DNA of 64,000 nucleotides. Origin: an uncultured Spirochaetota bacterium (GTDB lineage: Bacteria > Spirochaetota > Spirochaetia > SZUA-6 > Fen-1364). The notes under the pieces are model-generated. The model was not told where the DNA came from and ran no database searches. It saw nothing but the letters and a program-made list of their open reading frames with translations. This document shows positions 57,946 through 64,000 of this stretch, in pieces. Position 1 is the stretch's first letter. Every line of letters begins with the position of its first letter. A program made the translations under genes and the position numbers. The stretch covers positions 384,001 through 448,000 of the forward strand of contig CAVTHO010000006.1 in assembly GCA_963734545.1 (NCBI GenBank), read 5' to 3'.

Positions 57946-59061
57946 ATGAGCAAGAGGATCCTCTTTCCCTATCTGTCCGCGGGGCTCGGTCACCTGATCA
58001 ACGCGCAATCCATTGCGCACTATGTGAGCCGGATGCGCCCCGGGTGGGACATACGCATCATGGACGCCGCGCGTGAGCTGGATGACGCCCGGTTGAAGAA
58101 GACATTCGAGGATTTGTGGAGGACGCTGCTCCGTATGCCGGCGTTCCTCTCGCGGTTCTTCTTCGCCCTCGAGCGCCTGGTCCCCGCATTGTTCGTCGCC
58201 GTGAACCGGAGCTCGTTCCGCACCGCGGTGCCGAAGGCAGCCGCTTTTCTTGCCTCGTACAGGCCTGACCTGATCATGGCGACGCACTGGGCGTGCGCGC
58301 ACCTGTTCTCCATGGCCCGCGGAGAGCAGTCGATTCCGCTCTACCTGATCTATGGGGAGCTCGGCGCCACCTACAGCGTGATCAACAGCGGGGCGGACGT
58401 CTACTTCGCTCCCACGCCGCGCATCGAGGAGGGGCTCAGGAGGATCGGCGTGAAACCGGACTGCATCAGGCCGGTCCCCTTCCTCGTGGAGCCGCGCCTC
58501 ATGGAGAACACCATCCCGCGGGAGGAGCACAAACGCAGGCTCGGTATCGCGGCAGACCGCCTGTGCGTCGTTCTCAGTCTGGGGGGGGAGGGGATCGGCC
58601 TTTCGATGCGGTTCATCGAGGGCTTCGTCCGCGGTGTTGAAAGAGCGAGCCTGATCGTGCTCACGGGCCGCAACACGCAGCTCCTGGGCGAGCTGGGGGG
58701 CAGATTCAAATCGGAGGCGGTGATCCCCGTCGGCTTCCAGGAAGACATCAGCGGCATCCTTTCCGCCGCGGACGTCCTGGCCGGGAAGTGCGGCACCAGC
58801 TACGCGATGCTGGCGGTCAAGAAAGGCATCCCGCTGCTTGTCACGCACGTCGGGGCGCCGAACGAGGGGGAGAACATGCGCTACATCGTGGAAAACGGAT
58901 ACGGATGGTTCTGCCCGCGTCCGCGCCAGTTCGTCCAGCGCCTGTCCCTGATGGCTCGGGACCCCGGGAGCTGGGAGGACGTGCGCACGCGGCTGGCGCG
59001 CGTGGACCGGCGGAACGGCGCGGAGACCATCGCCGCCGCCATAGTGGAAGCCCTCGCATGA
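57946..59061 (+). CDS. MGDG-synthase/GT28-like glycosyltransferase
   Basis: SAGLGH..AQSI, PDLIMATH, GGEGIG, GRN, ADVLAGKCG, PNEGEN. Confidence 0.82.
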   Translation: MSKRILFPYLSAGLGHLINAQSIAHYVSRMRPGWDIRIMDAARELDDARLKKTFEDLWRTLLRMPAFLSRFFFALERLVPALFVAVNRSSFRTAVPKAAAFLASYRPDLIMATHWACAHLFSMARGEQSIPLYLIYGELGATYSVINSGADVYFAPTPRIEEGLRRIGVKPDCIRPVPFLVEPRLMENTIPREEHKRRLGIAADRLCVVLSLGGEGIGLSMRFIEGFVRGVERASLIVLTGRNTQLLGELGGRFKSEAVIPVGFQEDISGILSAADVLAGKCGTSYAMLAVKKGIPLLVTHVGAPNEGENMRYIVENGYGWFCPRPRQFVQRLSLMARDPGSWEDVRTRLARVDRRNGAETIAAAIVEALA

Positions 59062-60125
59062 AGGAGAGCTACGATCTTCACGACCGCTCCAGCGTCCGCC
59101 GCGTCCTCAAGTTCGTCCTCCTTGCGGTGATCATTGGATTCGGGGTGAACATCGTTCTTTCCCTGCTCATGGACAGGGCCCAGATCCTCGGCTCCCTGCG
59201 CCGCGTCCGGGTGATCTATTTCGTGGTGCCGCTTCTGCTCTTCGTCGCCTCCCACGTCGTGGACACGGTGCGCCTGATGCTCGTGGTGTCGCAGTTCAAG
59301 ATCAGGGTGAACTTCGTCCAGGCGTTCTACAACAGCTGCGTGGGGAATTTCTTCACCAATATCACTCCTCTGACCGCGGGAGGGCAGCCGTTCCAGATCT
59401 ATCACCTGAACGCCCGGGGCGTGCCTCCGGAAATCGCCACGAACGTGATCATGTCCCGTTTCGTGGAACAGGCAATGACCTCCCTGCTCATCTCGATCGT
59501 GTTCCTGACGCAGATATCGTGGATCGCTTCCACGCTCGGCTTCGGACGGAACCTGATCTATATCGCCCTGGGCATCTCCCTCACCGTGACTCTGCTCCTG
59601 CTCGCGCTGCTGATCTGGCCTCACTTCATCGGCCGGCTGGCCATCATGCTCGAGCGCACCCTCCTGGGCCGGCTCATCGGCCGGATCAGCGGCAAGCACA
59701 ACTGGGCCCCCAGCCTGCACCGCTACTCGCATCGCCTGCGGGAGAACGTGCGCATCCTGTGGTCCACGAAGACGCCGGTCATGATCGTCGACATCCTGCT
59801 GGGGCTGGGGAACATCCTCCTGCATGCGTATTCCCTCCTGTACGTGCTGGAAGGGGTCGTGGGCACGAGACTTTCCTTCCTCGCCGTTGCCATCAGTTAT
59901 GTGATCCTGTGGCAGATCGTCTTCTACGTCCCCACGCCGGGGGCCAGCGGAAGCGTGGAAGGGGCCTTCGCCCTCGTGTACTCCGGCATGACCTCCGACC
60001 TGGGCGCCACCGTCATCGCCGTCTTCGTCTGGAGGATCTCGACCTATTACCTGCTGCTCCTCTTCGACGCGCTGGTCTACGTCGTTCTGGGCAGGTTCGC
60101 GAACACCAGCGTGCGGAAGTCATGA
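59058..60125 (+). CDS. Lysylphosphatidylglycerol-synthase TM-domain (flippase-like) membrane protein
   Basis: NITPLTAGGQPFQ, PTPGASGSVEG, VWRISTYY. ATGA overlap with the GT gene. Confidence 0.85.
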   Translation: MKESYDLHDRSSVRRVLKFVLLAVIIGFGVNIVLSLLMDRAQILGSLRRVRVIYFVVPLLLFVASHVVDTVRLMLVVSQFKIRVNFVQAFYNSCVGNFFTNITPLTAGGQPFQIYHLNARGVPPEIATNVIMSRFVEQAMTSLLISIVFLTQISWIASTLGFGRNLIYIALGISLTVTLLLLALLIWPHFIGRLAIMLERTLLGRLIGRISGKHNWAPSLHRYSHRLRENVRILWSTKTPVMIVDILLGLGNILLHAYSLLYVLEGVVGTRLSFLAVAISYVILWQIVFYVPTPGASGSVEGAFALVYSGMTSDLGATVIAVFVWRISTYYLLLLFDALVYVVLGRFANTSVRKS

Positions 60126-61238
60126 GAGCACAGCGGGCATCCCGAGGAAGTCCCCATAGCGCGTGACAGCGGCCGCGACACCGCGCGCTTCGGTCCTGCT
60201 GAGCGGGCTGAACGGGCTCGCCGAGACCACGACCTCGGTTCGCCTGATTGTGCGCTTCCATGTGCCAGCTATCCGGCCGTTCACTGCGATCGTGGGATGC
60301 AGGAGGCCGTTGCCCGATCTGGCCATGTGCCGGGCGTCCAGTATGGCGCTTCGATCCTTGTAGCCGACGACATATTCGTCAAAACACGGGAGGAGCCAGG
60401 CACCGGCAGGGTTTCCCTGCTCCGCCCGGCCGCGCCGCGCCGCGGGCGGCGCCTGCTCGCGTCCGCCCGGCCCCGTCCGCCCGCGCGGCGCCTGCCAGAA
60501 TGTTTCTCCGTCAACGACGCTCGGCTGCAGCTTCCCTCTCACCGATTCGAGCCCCCTCCGCGCATCCGCTGCCGGCAGGCCCGACCACCAGGTGTAGTCC
60601 TGCAGGGTGGCCGGTCCGTGACTCGCGAAGTATCTCTCCGCCAGCTCGGCGAGCGCCTGATCAGGCTCCCGGCTGCCGGCCGCGGGCGCCCACTCATCCA
60701 GCAGGGTGTGCGTGAACTCCCTGCCGCGCCGCTCACCGAAGCAGATCAGCCGGTCCAGGCTTGCTCTCTGCAGCATGTACACCATGCGCTGTCCGGCCGT
60801 AGAGATGCCGGCCCGCTGGAGGGAGGCAGCCAATTCCCCGCGGATGAGCTGCCTGCCGTCGCGCAGGGACCGGACGAATATGGTCTCTGCCGCGGCCATT
60901 GTCGGTTCGTCCAGCTCGAGCTCCCGGTAGCGCCGTGCATTGCCCCTGATGATCTCGGGAGCCGCAAGAGTCAGAATCCACCGTATGTCCTCCGCGGTGA
61001 CGAAATGGAGCGTGCCGCGCAGGGCCCAGGTGCGGATGATGGCCTTGTCTGCAATCCCCTTTTCCACCCCCTCATCCGTCGCGCGGCGCATCCTCATGCC
61101 GATTGCCCAGAGCGATCCGGCATAGTCCTGCGCCTGGACTGCTCCCATGAGTCTCACCACATCGGCCGGATTCTTCACGCCGTCCCCCGAGATGTGCTGG
61201 TGATGAAGCCGTACAGACGCGAGATCCCGATTCGTCAT
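60120..61238 (-). CDS. HTH_42 (AlkZ/YcaQ superfamily) DNA glycosylase-like protein
   Basis: GAVQAQD (QxQ), RTWALRGTLH, HGPATLQDY.WWSGL, LPCFDEY..GY. Confidence 0.85.
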   Translation of the reverse strand: MTNRDLASVRLHHQHISGDGVKNPADVVRLMGAVQAQDYAGSLWAIGMRMRRATDEGVEKGIADKAIIRTWALRGTLHFVTAEDIRWILTLAAPEIIRGNARRYRELELDEPTMAAAETIFVRSLRDGRQLIRGELAASLQRAGISTAGQRMVYMLQRASLDRLICFGERRGREFTHTLLDEWAPAAGSREPDQALAELAERYFASHGPATLQDYTWWSGLPAADARRGLESVRGKLQPSVVDGETFWQAPRGRTGPGGREQAPPAARRGRAEQGNPAGAWLLPCFDEYVVGYKDRSAILDARHMARSGNGLLHPTIAVNGRIAGTWKRTIRRTEVVVSASPFSPLSRTEARGVAAAVTRYGDFLGMPAVLS

Positions 61239-61316
61239 GGCGTTCCCGCGGGGTCGAGGTGCCGCGCGTGCAGAGTTCTCATTTGTTGAACATAGCGGTT
61301 TTTCTTATATTTGCGT

Positions 61317-61901
61317 ATGAAGAAAAAAATCGGGATCATCGGAAAAGGACACGTGGGCAGCGCGCTTCAAAAGGGTCTGGAGCGTGCCGGGTACGAGGTG
61401 AAGATGACCGGTAAAGGCGATGCCGTGCGCGCCACGGCGGCCTGGGGGGAGATCATCATCCTTGCAGTCCCCTACACAGCTCTCGATGCCGCCCTGGGGG
61501 CAATGGGGAAGGCGATAGACGGAAAGACACTCGTGGACGTGTCAAACGTGCTGGGCGCGGATGGAAAGCTGGCGCTCGGCTTTACCACGAGCGGAGCCGA
61601 GCAGCTCCAGAGGAAGGCACCCTCGGCTAAAGTAGTGAAGGCCTTCAACACCATATTCGCGCAGAACATGAGCACGGGAAAGGTGAGGGACTCGCGGCTG
61701 GCCTGCCTGGCAGCGGCGGATGATGAGAAGGCAAAAGCCGATGTGCTGGAAATGGCGAACGCCATCGGGTTCGATGCGATAGACGCCGGACCCCTGGCCA
61801 ATTCCCGGTGGCTGGAATCACTCGGATTCCTCAACATCCAGCTCGGATACGTGATCAACAAGGGGTTGGGAGCCGGGATAGGGTTCGCGCTCGTCCGCTG
61901 A
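61317..61901 (+). CDS. NADP oxidoreductase, F420-dependent/PF03807 family
   Basis: GKGHVG, ILAVP, VDVSN, SGAE, VVKAFN, DAGPL. Confidence 0.85.
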   Translation: MKKKIGIIGKGHVGSALQKGLERAGYEVKMTGKGDAVRATAAWGEIIILAVPYTALDAALGAMGKAIDGKTLVDVSNVLGADGKLALGFTTSGAEQLQRKAPSAKVVKAFNTIFAQNMSTGKVRDSRLACLAAADDEKAKADVLEMANAIGFDAIDAGPLANSRWLESLGFLNIQLGYVINKGLGAGIGFALVR

Positions 61902-61925
61902 TTGTCCGGGCATCGGCGGGCGATC

Positions 61926-63341
61926 CTATTCAGGCTGTCTGCCCGGACGCCTCTTCACGCGCGCGGAAGCCCGCTCGCGCGCCTTCCTCTTCAACACCGG
62001 CGTCACAAGCAGAGTGTACAGCAGGCACACAAGGAAGAATCCCGCCATGGCCACCGCCACCCAGTAGTTCTGGAAGAGCACTGCCCCGGTGGAATCCCTG
62101 CTGGCGTCCAGGAAAATTCCGACCAGCAATGCCGTGAAGACAACCACGACGGCGACCGGGATGACAGGGCCCAGGGGAATCTTGAAGTCCCGAGGATTGT
62201 CAGGCCGCCTCTTTCGAAGCCTGAGCACGCAGAGCGCCATCACGACATAGATGAAGCACTCCAGGCCGGCCGCCATGACGATGATGAAGAGGTATTTTTG
62301 CGTCGCCAGGATGAGGAAGCTGATTGCCAGGGCAAAGATCGTCAGCGCGAGTATGGAGAACCACGGCGTGGCACGGTCGGGATGCAGCTTTGAAAACGAT
62401 CGCGGGAGAACATTGTCCCGGGCCATTGCATAGGCGAACCGTGAAGTGTTGAGCAGCCCGGAGTTGAATGAGGTAGCCGAGGCGAGGATGCTCATGAGAA
62501 CGAACAGGAGCATGCCCGGTATGCCGAGAAGATTCCTCCCGAAAAGGATGTGAGGGATGGGCGTCCCACTGGCACGCTGCAGGGGAGTGAGACCCGTCCA
62601 CATGGCAACCGTGAACAGGGAGTACGTGACGGACAGGATCCCTATCGCGATGAGCATTCCTTTTCCGATGAGGCGATAATCGGTGGTTTCCTCCGCCAGG
62701 GGAGTCACCCACTCGAATCCCACGTACAGGAAGACTCCCACCGCGGCCGCCTGCAGGACGTTGCTGAAGGTGAATCGCGGGCTGGCGAGGGCCGGGCGGA
62801 GGTCGATGCCGGTCCGCGCCAGGGAATAGACCGACACGAGCACGAGAAAGCCGATCATGACATAGGTCATGATGTCCTGGACGAGCCCGGTGAGCTTCAC
62901 GCCGCGATAGTTGATGAATGCCACAAGGAGGATGAAAAGCGTCATCCAGAACACCCGGTCAATCGTCGGGCTGACAAGCGGGATCGTCCCGACCAGGACG
63001 CTGGAGAGCAGATAGCTTTCCGCGCCCACCATCGAGACGCCGAGGATGACATAGAATGTGCCGATGACGACGGCGGCCTTTTCGTTGAATGCATTCTGGA
63101 TGAAGAGCTTGATACCGGCAGCCGTCGGGTATTGGGAGATGAGCTCCGAGAAGCACAACGAGGCAAGGAGGCAGAAGACGCCCGCCACCAGAATGGAGAT
63201 CCATGCAAGCTCACCCACGAGGATCAAGGCCACCTGCAGACCGGCCAGGTAGCACGAGGTGGCGAGCGCCATGCCCGCGGAGGTCGACGTGACGGTCCGC
63301 AGGGTGAGCACCTTTTTCAGCGTGGTCATCGTGTCAGGCAT
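61926..63341 (-). CDS. APC-family amino acid/polyamine permease
   Basis: About 12 hydrophobic segments with ELISQYPTAAG, GFEW..LAEE, SRFAYAMARD..LP and TPW. Confidence 0.9.
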   Translation of the reverse strand: MPDTMTTLKKVLTLRTVTSTSAGMALATSCYLAGLQVALILVGELAWISILVAGVFCLLASLCFSELISQYPTAAGIKLFIQNAFNEKAAVVIGTFYVILGVSMVGAESYLLSSVLVGTIPLVSPTIDRVFWMTLFILLVAFINYRGVKLTGLVQDIMTYVMIGFLVLVSVYSLARTGIDLRPALASPRFTFSNVLQAAAVGVFLYVGFEWVTPLAEETTDYRLIGKGMLIAIGILSVTYSLFTVAMWTGLTPLQRASGTPIPHILFGRNLLGIPGMLLFVLMSILASATSFNSGLLNTSRFAYAMARDNVLPRSFSKLHPDRATPWFSILALTIFALAISFLILATQKYLFIIVMAAGLECFIYVVMALCVLRLRKRRPDNPRDFKIPLGPVIPVAVVVVFTALLVGIFLDASRDSTGAVLFQNYWVAVAMAGFFLVCLLYTLLVTPVLKRKARERASARVKRRPGRQPE

Positions 63342-63693
63342 CCGGCCAGATGATCATGGTGATGGCGTCCAGCCGCACGATGTCCTCCTGGCTCGCCTTC
63401 ACACGGATTTCACCCTGGAGATACTTCTGGGAAGGATTCAGGTCTCCCCAGAACATGTCGCAGAGATGCTCGCTCCGCGCCGTCACCACGATGTCCGGGG
63501 TACCGGAGGCGCCGGCTTCGAAGGAGACGATTTCCCCATTGACAACGCGCATCGTAAACGCGTCACCGCTGTCCTCGGCATTGAAATGGAGAAGCTTCGA
63601 CCAGTCGCGCTGCATGCGGCGCAGCCGCACATTGTCGTTGCACTGGACCTGATAGTCGGCCAGTGCATCCAGGATTTCCTGGCTCGTTGCCAT
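63334..63693 (-). CDS. SCP2 sterol/lipid-binding domain protein
   Basis: PDIVVT..MFWGDLNP..YLQGEIRV SCP2 pattern. ATG 63693 follows AAGGGGGA. Confidence 0.75.
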   Translation of the reverse strand: MATSQEILDALADYQVQCNDNVRLRRMQRDWSKLLHFNAEDSGDAFTMRVVNGEIVSFEAGASGTPDIVVTARSEHLCDMFWGDLNPSQKYLQGEIRVKASQEDIVRLDAITMIIWPDA

Positions 63694-63713
63694 GAGGGTA
63701 TCCCCCTTTCCGT

Positions 63714-64000
63714 TCACCCCTCGTCCTTTCCGATTCCCTTCTCGGTGGAAAGCTCCTGCATCGCGCCCCCGAGGGCAGCGAGCACTTCATCCACTTCTTC
63801 CGCCGTGATGACCAGCGGCGGCATGAGGCGGCAAATGCTGGGGTCGTTGCCCGTATAGACGGCGAGCACCCCCCGTGCCGCGAGCTTTCGCGTCATCCGC
63901 GGCCCGATCGACTCGTTCGTGTACTGCAGACCCATCATCAGGCCCTTCTGCCGGACCTCGAGCAGCAGCGAGGGATACCTCTCTAGTAGCCGCTCGAAGC
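63714..64000 (-). CDS. Class III PLP aminotransferase, C-terminal part (5' end outside the window)
   Basis: EVRQKGLMMGLQY...RLMPPLVIT.EEVD, a class III C-terminal signature. Confidence 0.8.
   Translation of the reverse strand, partial: FERLLERYPSLLLEVRQKGLMMGLQYTNESIGPRMTRKLAARGVLAVYTGNDPSICRLMPPLVITAEEVDEVLAALGGAMQELSTEKGIGKDEG

Noticed and set aside
24458-63693. A dispersed steroid-metabolism system (two 3beta-HSD-like SDRs, one 17beta-HSD-like SDR, SCP2)
   Set aside because: The genes lie in unrelated operons and these families are promiscuous. No ring-degradation genes are present.
1-64000. CRISPR arrays, tRNA/rRNA, IS elements, integrases, prophage or anti-phage defence systems
   Set aside because: No regularly spaced repeats, RNA-gene signatures, or transposase, integrase, phage or defence domains were seen by eye. 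Intergenic gaps are all under about 200 nt.

Overview
This is a GC-rich (roughly 65%) bacterial chromosomal window with about 52 protein genes. I saw no rRNA, tRNA, CRISPR array or transposase. Gene content and signal-peptide style suggest a free-living Spirochaetota-like anaerobe, but that is inference only. Purine catabolism dominates. (i) A minus-strand aerobic-type cluster runs allE, a divergent KARI (IlvC-like), allC, uraD, pucL (uricase), uraH, allB, followed by a single-chain XdhA-XdhB fusion that the ORF track misses. (ii) Scattered parts of the anaerobic urate pathway are also present: ygeY and ygfM-xdhD-ygeW, plus an 8-oxoguanine deaminase. ygfM-xdhD-ygeW continues in one tightly packed run into an archaeal-type GAP:ferredoxin oxidoreductase homologue and a PPi-dependent phosphofructokinase. 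The rest comprises a ROK-regulated beta-glucoside/cellodextrin locus (GH3, ABC transporter, GH94), a sugar ADH/FGGY/SMP-30 operon, an acyl-CoA dehydratase activase, a CHASE2 cyclase, a glycolipid cluster and a divergent AhcY-like enzyme. Around a dozen single-base indels break otherwise intact genes and look like long-read errors. The best candidates for new biology are the KARI-fold enzyme occupying the missing ureidoglycolate step and the xdhD-ygeW-GAPOR-PPi-PFK operon.
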